Positions 1 to 11,367 of a stretch of DNA of 64,000 nt are shown here, in pieces; positions within the stretch are counted from its first letter, which is position 1, and every line of letters begins with the position of its first letter. The notes beneath the pieces were generated by a model. It did no database searches. It was not told the DNA's origin and saw only the letters and a list, made by a program, of their open reading frames with translations. This DNA comes from Laetmonice hystrix (lineage: Eukaryota): contig OZ249439.1 of assembly GCA_965235115.1 (NCBI GenBank), forward strand, positions 14,570,001 to 14,634,000. Reading direction: 5' to 3'. A program made the translations under genes and the position numbers.

Positions 1-160
1 TTTGTCGCTAGAGACTGACCCATATGGCTATAGAGACATGACACTTACTTGGATTTCCCAAGTTTTTTATTGGTAGTCTGCATGAGAACTTTTCGGAACC
101 AGAAGAAAGGGACAATAGGGAGTAATAATTGCTCCGTGTGCCGCAATTAGGGAGCCGGGA

Positions 161-459
161 TGTTGGCACGGGTATTAGTTTTGTTTCTACTTTACCGTTT
201 TCGCGCACCTGTCGAATAGGCAGCGCCACCTAGCCGGAAGTGAGGGGCTTGAAAAGTTGACCAGTGACCACGAGGTTGGATGGGAGTTTCTCCAGGCTTT
301 GTTATAAGATAGAGTGGCTCTATCAGAGTTTACGTGGCTCTACACGGATTTGTAAGGCATCTACGGAATAAATAGGTTCCAAACTAACGATCGACGTCAG
401 GATGATCGATGGGGCGCGAAAACGGTAAAGTAGAAACAAAACTAATACCCGTGCCAACA
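161..459. mobile_element. MITE-like element with 46-bp perfect terminal inverted repeats
   Basis: 161-206 (tgttggcacgggtattagttttgtttctactttaccgttttcgcgc) is the exact reverse complement of 414-459. The interior is non-coding and no TSD is recognisable. Confidence 0.75.
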
Positions 460-553
460 ATGTTGTCTACACGGTCATCCAATGTACACCAGTGCACGGC
501 TTGTGTTGACGGTCTTTGAGTATGTATATTAGTATATCGTCAAGGTAACTCAC

Positions 554-621
554 CATATTCACTTCGGATATACTGTCGAAGCTGGCTAAGGCGAGCTCCA
601 TCTCGATATGCAGAGGTTCAC
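554..621 (-). CDS. Lcch3: GABA-A receptor beta-like subunit, coding exon 3 (G-EPLHIEMELALASFDSISEVNM); gene continues left of the window
   Basis: Acceptor gattttcag|GT and donor ATG|gtgagt bound a 68-bp exon, the size conserved in GABA-A genes. The ASFDSISEVNM motif is diagnostic of invertebrate beta-like subunits. Confidence 0.96.
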
Positions 622-796
622 CTGAAAATCAAACAGCAGGAAATCAGCGGAAGCTAGGTCGGTTTAATGGTAGGGCCTACATATCAGGCATACTGACAAA
701 ATAATAATTATTAAAATTATTATAGATTTCTTTAAATTCTGAACATAGGAATAACACGCATGACATAGAGATATACCCAAAATACCAAGGGGCAAG

Positions 797-981
797 TAGG
801 GCCCACGCTACTGAGTCGCCAAGTCGCCAATGGCTATTCGTTTCTCAAATTGGCTAGGAAAAATCAATATTGGCGAATTTCCTTGCAAATGGTACATTTA
901 GAATTTGTTGAATTTTGGATAAAAACAAAGTATTTGGCTAGGTTATTGGCTAACCAGTTTTGAAAGCCAGCGAGGGCCCTG
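797..981. mobile_element. 185-bp hAT-like MITE with 13-bp imperfect TIRs and a 5-bp TSD (gcaag)
   Basis: The ends are tagggcccacgct and agcgagggccctg (reverse complement cagggccctcgct). gcaag lies directly on both sides (792-796, 982-986), and ttggcg/ttggct motifs are repeated subterminally. Confidence 0.7.
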
Positions 982-1115
982 GCAAGGTCATAGGAACCGC
1001 CTATACCGTGTGTCTGAGTATTGTTCTGTTTTTGTTTATTTTATTTTATTTTATTATTTTTTGGTGGGTGTTATCTTCTGAAAGAATATTCCATGCTCAC
1101 TTGAATTCTAAGTAC

Positions 1116-1251
1116 AAATACGAGCATAGCGATCCATTTCCTTCCTGATGAGTGACAGGTTCCTACTCCACTCATTATCATCAAAATACGAGCATAGCGA
1201 TCCATTTCCTTCCTGATGAGTGACAGGTTCCTACTCCACTCATTATCATCA
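1116..1251. repeat. Perfect 68-bp tandem duplication (2 copies)
   Basis: aaatacgagc...cattatcatca occurs at 1116-1183 and again at 1184-1251. Confidence 0.95.
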
Positions 1252-3366
1252 GCCCCTGATGTTTGAGAGCACAAGTTTGAGGACAACACCAGGAAGGCAT
1301 TACTTATTCTTTATAGATGAAACAAAGGATCAGACGCTAGAGTATCCCTTATTTAATTTTGCCTGTGTGACTCGGTGACTCAGTATGTCTCGCTCGGTTG
1401 GCCATAAAGTTTTGGTGCCAGAATTATACTCTTTCTGTCCTCAGTGCTTCTCTGTCTACCGGTGTGTCAGTCTCCGAATGTGGAGTAGCAGTTGGTTTAG
1501 CATTCATTGGTCTTAAGGCCACGGCTGGTATTTAGTTGATTTGTTCATTTACCGCCTTCCGCTACGGCCCCGGGCTCCTTCTGTGGTAGTGGGGGCAATT
1601 TGGAGGTACAGACGGGCACCCTGTCCACCTCCTGCCCACCCGACGGGCCCCCACCTCTCCGCACCCTGCCCATAATCATGGCCCTCTTACAGCACCCCCC
1701 TCCTCTTTCAGAGTACAGCAGCACCAGCATCCCCCGCCGCAGCAGTGACGTTGGTGCGTTGATGATGGCGACGGTTCAGCCATGGCTGACGTCGAAGAAC
1801 GACCCAAGCCAGGACAGCGGCGGGTCGCGGCAGTGGCTTCCTTAGCGGCTCAGTCGGGCGTTACGCGAGATCTAATCATATTCACTCGGAGACTCGGGAC
1901 CCAGGAGCGAACAACTGGCACTAGCTCATCTCCCACGTGATAAATAATATCTACAGTGGTCGCACCTAACCATCAGGCTAGAGCCTATACCACCACAGTG
2001 AGGATATAAGACAGTCAACTAATTGCTACCTCCCTAAACAGTAAATTTAGAATGTATAGTTACGTTACATACGCGTATAGTTCACCAGTAATAAGATTCC
2101 AATTCGTGATTATTAATATTGTTGGATTCTTATTAAATCAAGTTTAAATCAATAGAGCCATGACCTAAACACCAATAAAAGCTCAGCTACGTTCAGATTC
2201 AGTAACAGACAGGCACAGAAGGGCAGAAACAGTATACTTCTAGCACCAAACTTTAGCAGAGAGAGAAGATATACGACAGCCAGACAGATAGAAACATTTA
2301 TAGACGGCTACTTGATCCTTTGTCCCCTGTGGGATGTATAAAGACTGTCTTCCTCAAAGTTGTGTGTGCTCTCATACATATGTCGTTTACCATCAATAAA
2401 CTGTAACAAACTGTAAGAAATAAATTTATTGCTTTGTTCCTGACCAGATACACAGATAAGATTTCTAGTCCTTGGAGTTAAACATGATGAAAGATTTTCA
2501 TTTAAAAAGTCTAGAGCCAATATCTTCTTGTGTAAAAATGGGGGAACATTTGCCAGACAATACCATAGTGGATGTACTTCCCTAAGGCATTACTGCAGCT
2601 TATGGTCTCGGCACTCCTGGGAAGTAGTGCTAAATACACAACCGGAAACCCGTTTCATGCCTCTCCTTCCAATCTTCCGCCGTAAACAGAACGACACTGA
2701 GCTGATCAGAAGTTGTGCAAGATTTGTTTCCTTTTGGTACTGCTCAAATTCAGCTCAGTTCATTATCTGCTGCACAGTGAGCATAAACCCCCCCCCCCTC
2801 CTTAAGGGAAACCGTTCATATATCATTTATAAAGCAAATGTTCTGCTTGTGAATGCGTGTCACAAGAAATATTAAAGGACATGTATGCTATATCCCGAAG
2901 GCTACAAGACCTACATCAATGTTTAAAGCTGTGTCGCATACATTTTATTTAGTTAAAATGGGGGCATAATGATCAATTCAGAGGTCGATTTGACTATAGT
3001 GGGTTTACAAAGCTTGCATACCCTCAGGTTTGCACGATGTGGTTTGTCGTAAGTGTGCCGTTGTGGTCGATACCACTGGCTGCGTACGTATTGGCTGGGT
3101 TCCGTCAACGTAACCCATACCTCTCAACCTCGATGGTTCATTGATTAAAATGGTTGCACGATCCGTCTTAATCAAAACAAGCAAATAAGGGAGGATGCTG
3201 GGAACGGCATTGACGCCACATGCACAGCTAGACTTGGCGCTTATACCCTCCAACGGGGGTTATACTGGCGTCAGTCACTTTGTTGTGACTGGATCGACCG
3301 CTAGAGCGGTCTGGTCCAGAGAGCTAAGGCAACGTAACATAGAGGGCAACACAGGCATGTACCTAC

Positions 3367-3461
3367 CTCCGAACTGTGGCCTCAGACGGATATCGTAACC
3401 TTCTAAGAGATCCTTAATGGTCTGGGACACGTTTTTTAATCCATCTGCGGTGTCCTGAGCC
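3367..3461 (-). CDS. Lcch3: GABA-A receptor beta-like subunit, coding exon 2 (AQDTADGLKNVSQTIKDLLEGYDIRLRPQFG)
   Basis: Acceptor ttctctttcag|G and donor GGAG|gtaggt bound a 95-bp exon. It encodes the N-terminal helix and the YDIRLRPxFG motif typical of beta/LCCH3 subunits, with an NVS glycosylation sequon. Confidence 0.95.
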
Positions 3462-3695
3462 CTGAAAGAGAAGACACAAGCTGTAGATTGATTGGGCCAA
3501 GCCCGGTAGTCTAAAGGCGGGAGACACGCCAGTATCATGGCATGGCATCTAGCAAACGGTTGGTACTGCTTGCGTCAGGCGCCACCACCGCCAGGCCCTG
3601 TCTGCCTGCAGCGGCCGCAGCTGCTGCCATCGTGAGACAGCCAGCTCGCCCACTTCTACTACCGATCATATCAACAACATTCTCATTTTGCTCAC

Positions 3696-3751
3696 CTGCC
3701 AACGTCCTGTGTAATGACCATCAACATGAGAATGCCTGCTATCGTTGACAT
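3696..3751 (-). CDS. Lcch3: GABA-A receptor beta-like (LCCH3-like) subunit, coding exon 1 (signal peptide MSTIAGILMLMVITQDVG-R)
   Basis: The ATG at 3751 has an in-frame TGA upstream. It is followed by 18 largely hydrophobic codons plus 2 nt, then the donor AG|gtgagc. Phase 2 matches the next exon, which begins with 1 nt completing AGG. Confidence 0.8.
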
Positions 3752-6569
3752 GTCATAATCCGTGGCCAGTAAATGGAAGAGTGAGCATCAAACCACAGTC
3801 CACTCTTAGCAAAATACTGCAGGCAGAGTACATCTCCTGACGCATGCGCACTGCCCACCGATCGACGTCAGCATATCAAGGCCTGGTTAATGCAAGCAAG
3901 TCAGCCGAGCGTGTGCAGATGGAGATCGCGGATATTCTCGCTTCTTCCCGTGAAATTCGCACGTTAAATGACAAAATCCTGCTCGGCTGTTCCTCCAGTA
4001 GGTCTAGAGACAGGAGGCAGCAGGGAGCCCGGAGAACATGTCTGATCGCAGGAGCAGCAGCACGGAGTCTGGACCAAACCGTCCTCAGGAGGAGCAGCAG
4101 GAGGATGAGGCGGTGGCGCTAACCAGTGGTGTGGGATGGTGAATGTAGTGCAGTATAACACATGTAATCGTTGGCTCGCACTCATCGGCTGCGATCTTCG
4201 CCATGCTCACCGCCAGTAGTTATATTACCCGACTCCATCGATTACAATCCCACAGTCAGTTGTGATGGTTTATATGTCTGAATCTCCCGTCTGTCCGTCA
4301 GGATGTTCTCTGGGCGAGCCAGACCGCCAGCCGACCATCTAGTTCTCAGTGCCGAGCCGAGTCCTGATGCCGACGACTGAGTGAGCGCGAGAGGTGCGCT
4401 TAGATTCCTCATCATCGACCCTTCCAGGGGGCGCTGTACTAGAGCGCCACCGTGTAGCAAAAGTGAGAATCAAGTCACGAGAACAACGCCTCCACCTGTT
4501 CTCTACTACCTCAAATAAATACATTATTCACAAACCGTTAGAAACAAAACACTCTCTGCAGTCAAAACGGGTATTACTGATTTGTAATTGAATTTTTACT
4601 TATTCTTTCTGCAGAATATCCTTAAAATAGATTATACCAGCTTGGGAGTATTCCTTAAGCGAATCAATGATTAGATTTGATTTATTTTTAGCTTAGATTG
4701 TCGATTGCCTTGTTTTCTCCGCCAACCATGCTTAATCCATCCGACATTTACTTTACCGAGAAAAGCGCCGCCGGGAAGAACTTCACCATGCAGGTGAAAC
4801 CTCAAGCCGCCAACGCAAAACCGTGTGAATAACATGTGAAACGAATGGAGTAGAACAACAGCCAGCTAGCCTCACTAATGATCCGCCCGCGCGCGTTCCT
4901 ACTTCTTGCCAACCTAGAAAAGTGAAAACGGAACGAGTTTCAATGCTTTCCTTCAGGATACTAACAATAGTGTCTGAAACCGCCATTTCTGTTTTGTTTC
5001 CTTTTTTAAAATATCGTTTTTGTTTTATTTTAGATATCTCCGGGCTGGTGAGCTTGGAAAGCGTAACCAAATTTAACGTAATATTTAATGAAAACAACAT
5101 AATGAAATGAAGCGGTCTGACAATCGCGTTTGGCTGAGACGCACGGCTGGAGACGAAGGCGCCCCCACGCGGCAGTAAACCTAACAACGTCTCCTCGTGG
5201 TCCCTCAGTGTAGATATGACGCACGATAAATTATACATATGTAAAATTGTCAATTGAAAGTTTGTCAGTAAGATGGCAGTGGGTGCGGGTCACTGAAGGC
5301 GGGGTGCGGGGTGTGGGGGAGCCAGCAACACGCCCTAGGCCTCACTCGTTCCCCTCACGTCTCTCCCCCGGGATGGCATTGAATTCCCATGACTGGTCAA
5401 GGTGAACACGACTGTTGGGGTTGTCCAGGCTTGATGAGAGTTCTGCTGACACTGACCGACCGTCGAGTACACGACTCGGGGTGCCGGGACCGGCCGGCTG
5501 GAGCCTGGGCCCGGGGACGGGTGGAGAGTGGGTCCGACCGGGACGACATCCCCGAGCATCGATCATGACCGAGATTACCTCCCGAACATGGTCACTCCAA
5601 CCCCGCCCTGTCACGCCACTGCCCCCGGCAACTTCCCCTGGCCCGAGGTACGGGCCATTCATCCAATCTTCCCACCACCAACTCTGCTCAATACATAGGA
5701 ATTATTATCGTGAAATTACTTAAGATTTATAATCAACATGGCAAATAATCAATAAATCTCTTTGAAATTCGTTCATTTGCATTCTTTTGTCAACGTCGTC
5801 GACTATTAGATCCCACCATTTCAACCCGTGGGGGTGTGGAAAATTGAGGACTAAAACGATAAAATTTAATAATTGAAAGGACGGCGCAAGTATAAGTAGA
5901 ATAAAAGTGGGTCATGGTGATAGATATCCCGTTGTTTCTATGGTAGCAGAGATAGACAACTATTCTGACGAGAATCATGTGCTTACATTCGATCGTTTAA
6001 TGCAAACTTGATTGAAATGGACAACCTTCCTTTTCCGAGTAGTTAAACCAAGGATGTCCGTCAATGCTGTAAATGCTATCTTCTTGGAGCTCATTAACTA
6101 TCATTTAATGACGAACGATACCAAGTTGATTAATCAATTGTGGACAGATTAACTCAATAAAGTGTGCGGCGGCGGCGGTCTCTGGCCGACGGTGCTGCCA
6201 GCGTAGTACGGGCGCGCGAAACCAGAGGGCGCCAGCGTCGCGGGATCGATAGCCATTGTAAGGTGATGTCTGGAGCGAGCGGCGGAAACGTACGAAAAGC
6301 GAAGCGGCCGTACACGAACATCTTACCACAAGGCGAGCAGACGCTGTGTTCTGCGTCCAAAGTGAATCAGCGAAGCCAGTTAGGCTTAGGTAGTGATTAT
6401 ATCTACAGTTCTCGACGTACATTTTTAGGCTGGCCGCAACCAGCTTTGCGGGCCAAGCGGTTGAAGCAGAGGCTGGAGCGCCAGCATCACCGCCCCACGG
6501 CTACTGGCTCGGCCGTCAAAGTCCAACCGGGAAAACAAGAGCTCGGGCCCGGCCGAAACACCAACCGAC
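3752..6569. promoter_or_regulatory. Divergent intergenic region (5' UTRs and promoters of both subunit genes; possible bidirectional promoter)
   Basis: This is 2,818 bp between opposite-facing ATGs, with GC/CpG-rich blocks at about 3960-4460, 5280-5660 and 6160-6570. It contains an NRF1-like cgcatgcgca (3841-3850) and a YY1-like aagatggc (5270-5277). TSSs cannot be located from sequence. Confidence 0.6.
5157..5175 (-). promoter_or_regulatory. CTCF-like motif between the two genes
   Basis: The minus strand reads ctgCCGCGTGGGGGCGCct, compared by eye with the CTCF consensus CCASYAGRKGGCRS. Confidence 0.35.
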
Positions 6570-6679
6570 ATGGAGCTGTTTCTGTTACGGTACGATTGGT
6601 ACGACTGCACCAAGTCACCGTCAAGGAGCACACTGACCACGCTCGTTGTCAGCTATGCCCTCTTCAGTCAACTTTTCAG
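6570..6679 (+). CDS. GABA-A receptor alpha/gamma-like (GRD/8916-clade) subunit, probable coding exon 1 (MELFLLRYDWYDCTKSPSRSTLTTLVVSYALFSQLF-S)
   Basis: The ATG is in strong context (gacATGG), followed by 36 codons plus AG and the donor gtagcg. Joined to 8293 it gives ...TLVVSYALFSQLFSRVTA-DKNN, a plausible signal peptide and cleavage site. The donor is non-optimal, so confidence is lower. Confidence 0.68.
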
Positions 6680-7180
6680 GTAGCGTATGTTCCTTCTCCA
6701 TCTAATTTTATCAGCAGTCTACAATACGGATCGGCCGCGATCTCCTCAGCCTTATCGTACGGGATCCTGACGGACTGGATCCAAACACGGGCACGAATTG
6801 GTCGGACCACGGCTGAAATCACAGCACGTGCAGGGATAATAATTAGTGGGGAAGATTTAGACAAAAGTGTTTTAGGGCCTTTCGCTGATCTCTTTCGTCA
6901 CATTTGATGACCTTTGACTCGTCCTAGAGTGTTAACAACTGAAGCAGTCGATCGAGAATTCCGGCAGGACTCCCTTAAAGGCGTAGGTCCCATGTCGTTT
7001 TATTGTGTTGGAGCTTTCCAGTTGTTGTTTGATAACTCTACCTGTAGCTTAAACGTAGCTTGGTAAGTTAGATGACATATTGGTACTTTGAAGTTCGATG
7101 TTGAGGTGCGTTGAATTCCTCCAGCGTGTTGCTTGTGGTGATGCGCTGCCGGAGGAGAACCTGTTTGGCGAAGGCCAGTG

Positions 7181-7252
7181 GTCCGGGGGGCCGGGGGGCC
7201 GGGGGGCCGGGGGCGGGGGGCTAGCGGCCGGGGGGCCGGGGGCTGGGGGCGG
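7181..7252 (+). repeat. G-rich (G5-6 CC)n element, G-quadruplex-prone, in intron 1 of the alpha-like gene
   Basis: Sequence gtccggggggccggggggccggggggccgggggcggggggc..., with multiple G5-G6 runs. Confidence 0.8.
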
Positions 7253-8292
7253 AGAGAGCGCATTACGGAGCCACCATATTGCACGGCTCTCACGTGTCGG
7301 AGTGGTCCTGGCTGTTTACCGTGGCTAACAGTCGTCTTCTGGCCCGTGGCTATGCGCGAACACGAACTGTGACTACCAGTCGGCCCCTGCTCCACCCATA
7401 ACCTCCGGCCGCCCCAATATTTACTGATTTTATAGGACCCCCTATTGTTAAACCCACCCAACAGGCATTTCCTGTAATAGAACTATCAAAACACCTCTTG
7501 GCAGCCACATTCCGGGCACGTAGCTCGGCCTAAGAGGGTAGACAACAGCATTATCAAACTTTACCTTATTAATCAGACAATGGAAATCATTATTATTGCT
7601 GGAATGGAAATATAGTGCAAGACCACACAGTCTGTGGTGGTGTTTATCATTGAACCCGAAACCTTCGATCACTCGCCGTATACTGGACGTTTGGTGTAAA
7701 TAGGTGTCAATAAGCGGCATGCATGAGAACACATTCATTTAGGTCAACTTTCTGGGCTAGCTGTATACAGTCGGGTATCTGGAAAATCATTAAGGGGACA
7801 TGACCTATTATGAAGGACAACAATGGCCTAAAACCATCTATTTCCTATTATTGGGAGCCCAAAGGGGACACGATCTTAATCTGGTATTGGCAGTATACAA
7901 GAAAAGAAAAAGAAGAAAAAAAGATCGGCAGACTGAGGTCGACCTTAGCGGGTGGTCTGAGTGAGAGTGGACCCAACCCCAACAGCTGTCCGGACTTTAA
8001 GCAGCGAAATTTTCCATTATTGCTTAAGACACGTTGAGAAACTATGAAACCATTTAATTAATTCTTCGCAACACAACGGATGCAATCAGTGCTGTTGAAT
8101 TATCGAGGAAAAATTTGATATCGGCCTCCAAAGCTCATTAATGAGGTCCTAATTAGCTGTCATTTTACCACCGTATTGTGGCAGTTTTATTTTCGTCCCC
8201 TTACTTAGTTACGTGGCAATTCCTTTGACTATTAAAGACGTCTATATTATGTTAATGTGGTGCCTTTCTTTCTTTTCATCCGGGACGGCCAG

Positions 8293-8405
8293 CCGAGTGA
8301 CAGCTGACAAGAACAACCCTTTCAATATACAGAACCAAAAAATCACCGATCTCCTGGACTCTCTACTCGAAGGCTATAATCGACATCTACGGCCGGGGTT
8401 TGGAG
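8293..8405 (+). CDS. GABA-A receptor alpha/gamma-like subunit, coding exon 2 (RVTADKNNPFNIQNQKITDLLDSLLEGYNRHLRPGFG)
   Basis: A polypyrimidine tract at 8263-8280 is followed by the first AG at 8291-8292, and the donor is GGAG|gtaaat. The LLDSLLEGYxxxLRPGFG motif is characteristic of Cys-loop anion-channel subunits. The 5' boundary is inferred from phase. Confidence 0.9.
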
Positions 8406-11332
8406 GTAAATTGAACAATATCGCTTCACGTTATCATTCATATTTTTGTATGACTTTAAACATGTCGAACGACCGCATTTGTTTTTTTATGATTACGAAA
8501 CGTGTTGCATGAGGTGTCAGAACAATCTTAAAGCGGTTCTGCCTATAACCGAAATATATGAGACGTTACAACAGGTCATATGTCAATCTTGCACTGTTGT
8601 GGTATTTCCAGCAGGCCTTCATTTTATATTCGTAAACTGGCGTCCAGCCGTCCGCCTGCTGGCCATTGGCATGACAAGTAATATTGAGCCCGTCAATACT
8701 GACCGTCTCTTTGATCACGAGGGCCTCTCCGTGGGGAGGATTCAGATTAATATTAAGCGGTGTCAAGCTGTGCTGGTCTGGCGTACGCCGTATAGATGTC
8801 AACGGGAACCCTGACAGCAGTCGCCAGTCATACGGACATTGCTGCCGCCCTGCTTCATGCCGCGTAACGTTCGTTCAGACCGTTCGAGAATACCGAACAC
8901 TTCCGACAGAACTTATAAACTCGGGGAAGGGGGGATTCTAAATCATGCGCTGAAATATGATCGGGATTCAACATTGGCTGATTGTGATCTGGGGCAATGA
9001 TGGTGCTGTGGAGATACGATAGCGTAACCAGGGCGACCGTCAGCCAATGGAAAACATACAAACCTATCTTGGAATGTATAATAGAAATTGACACCATGGA
9101 TTCTAAAACTTCTTGCACAGCAAATTCGTCATACCTCAGGCAACTGCCCCACAACCGTTCCTGACACGTAGTTCTGTACACCTCCGAATTACAACACTGC
9201 TCTATTCGACACCCATATAAATATTTGGCCATGACTCGGCCTCAGTTCTCAGTAATTTTCATGCCGATTCCGTGTTTTTGTCGAAGGCAATTCATAATTC
9301 TAGGTAAGGCTTACATTACGGTTGCCCCAAATACCGTTTATTTTCATATGACGATTAGCATCGCTAGAGAAGCACGGCTTGTTGTTTTTGAAAATATTCC
9401 CGTATGATATGGCCCTTATGGTGGATCGGGCGGCTGGCCTATCTCCACGCTACTGACGTGAAGCGAAAACGAGGGCTTCCTGTTGATTGGCTCCCTGGGA
9501 GAAAATCGTTCACGTGACCTATATCCGGGAGGTCTGATCTCCTTACGACGTGGAGGCTGCACTCGCTGATTGACATTTGGTCTCAGATGCAGTCCATCCC
9601 TTCTTATCACAAACGTCGAAGCAAACAGGTTTTCGTCTATGACGAAATGTCAATCTCAGTCTGTCTCCCCGCCGGAGGAGATTGTCCCTTTCTCATGAAG
9701 CAATTTTTTTATGGGCCCGCAGCTGTATCTGCTAGAAATCTATAAGAACGCACTTGTCGTACTGACCATTGGAGCATTTGGGGCGAGCAAACCATTTCCC
9801 AACGTCGCAAGTGTTACCGGTCAGAAAGGCCAGATGAAACTAGAAGAAGAAACCTGCAGTTGAGTGACTAAACAAAACGGGTGATGGACAGGCGGCATCG
9901 ATTCCCTGTTAAGAGTTCCAGCCGTCTTGGCACAGGACAAGAACACTCCAATGCTGTCCGTAAAATTACTGCCTTCTCCGCAACCTAACAGCACCATTCA
10001 AAACAAAGTTAGACCGTAATTTCTGGTCTGTAAATCACATAATGTAGCACTGCTTGTACCTGGACACGGACTTGGAATAGGCGTATTTTAGAGAGGTCAA
10101 GAGGCAGAGGAAAACGCTAAGTAACAATCACCACCTCTTGGTTATTAGCGGATCCCACGTGTTATCATCGTCTGTGTAGGGCAGGTAAAATGTATCATTT
10201 TGGGGTAATTTGCATTCGGAGTAACGGGATGTTACATCGCCATGGCAATGCTGAAACGCCTTCTAACCGGAAACATACTACATATGAGAGCAATTCCGGG
10301 CTACCTTCATTCGGTCAGCGGCTCGTCTGATTCGTTCTCTTCACTGGCGCCGACGGCAGCGAAGTAGATCACTTGTAAGTCCCACGAAGGTATTTTTACT
10401 ATAGATACGTCAATGTAAATGTAAAAGGGGCCCAAGCAGTCTTAGCTCCGCATGTCATAATGTAAAGTGCTGCTGGATACTGTTTCCTGTCCTGTCAACC
10501 AATCACACACTCATCCTTATTAGTGCAACTACATTTACTAGACCCAGTCGACTCGTATTTCATGAACGTTTAGTATTTGACACCTGTATCCATGTCTATG
10601 GTGCCCGGTAAGGTATAACTTTGAGGAGTGAGGAGCCAGTTACAAACTCCAAAGTTTGGATGGCATCGAACTTCCCTGTTCTACTGACGCGTTGAAATGC
10701 GCATGCTATCCGGGAAGTACACAGTACGTTTCTCCTCCCAGTAGAATACCGCAGACCTCGTGACAGTTTTCTCTACAAGTGTGCACAGTGGAACTTGAAC
10801 TCGCCATGTGCACGGAATAAGTATTTAAATGTGATTTCTGCTAGACCTACTTCCTGAATCATTGCGTGCAAGTGTCTGTCTTGTAGAAAAACGGGCTCGG
10901 CGTATCCCAGGCGAATTATGCAATGAGATTATCGGCACCATTAGACTTTCAGATTGGTCCTAATCTTCAATACAACACACTTCAGATACCATCACCGATG
11001 ACAACTTAGGTTTCTGAACATGCTAATGGTGGGAATTAAACTCAATCACCTATCTCCATAAGACTGGGATGGGCGGACCCTAATGTGATATTTTACACTC
11101 TGTGTGTTTGGTTTGAGGCGAATATCGGGACGGACTGTTGCATTGTGAATAGAGACAGGTGCTCAGGCATCCAGGCAAGCAATTTACGATCCATATAAGC
11201 CTAAGATATCTCCCCTACCCCTTCACGCGATGCTGTTATTGCGTACATCGCAGAGCAGGGAAAGCAATATGCTGCTATCATTTATCATAATACGTATAAT
11301 ATATTCCAGTTATAGGGTCCATGGCGTGGGAA

Positions 11333-11367
11333 AGAGAGAGAGGGGGAGAGGGAGAGATACAGAGAGA
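11333..11367. repeat. Imperfect (GA)n microsatellite running into the gap
   Basis: agagagagagggggagagggagagatacagagaga directly precedes the Ns. Confidence 0.85.

Noticed and set aside
1145-1259. CTGATGAG as a hammerhead core or C/D-box snoRNA in the 68-bp duplication
   Set aside because: No GAAA follows the stem, and there is no terminal stem or sensible box spacing for a snoRNA.
6164-6907. 247-aa ORF as an independent gene
   Set aside because: It has a GTG start, lies in GC-rich UTR sequence, has no recognisable domain, and overlaps the real exon 1 out of frame and runs into the intron. Treated only as a possible uORF.
8017-8036. 13-nt match to the start of miR-137 (ttattgcttaaga)
   Set aside because: The 3' part diverges and only a 7-bp local stem is possible, so there is no pre-miRNA hairpin.
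8301-8304. Alternative acceptor gacag|CT for alpha exon 2
   Set aside because: It is 11 nt downstream of the first AG and would frameshift relative to the phase-2 exon 1.
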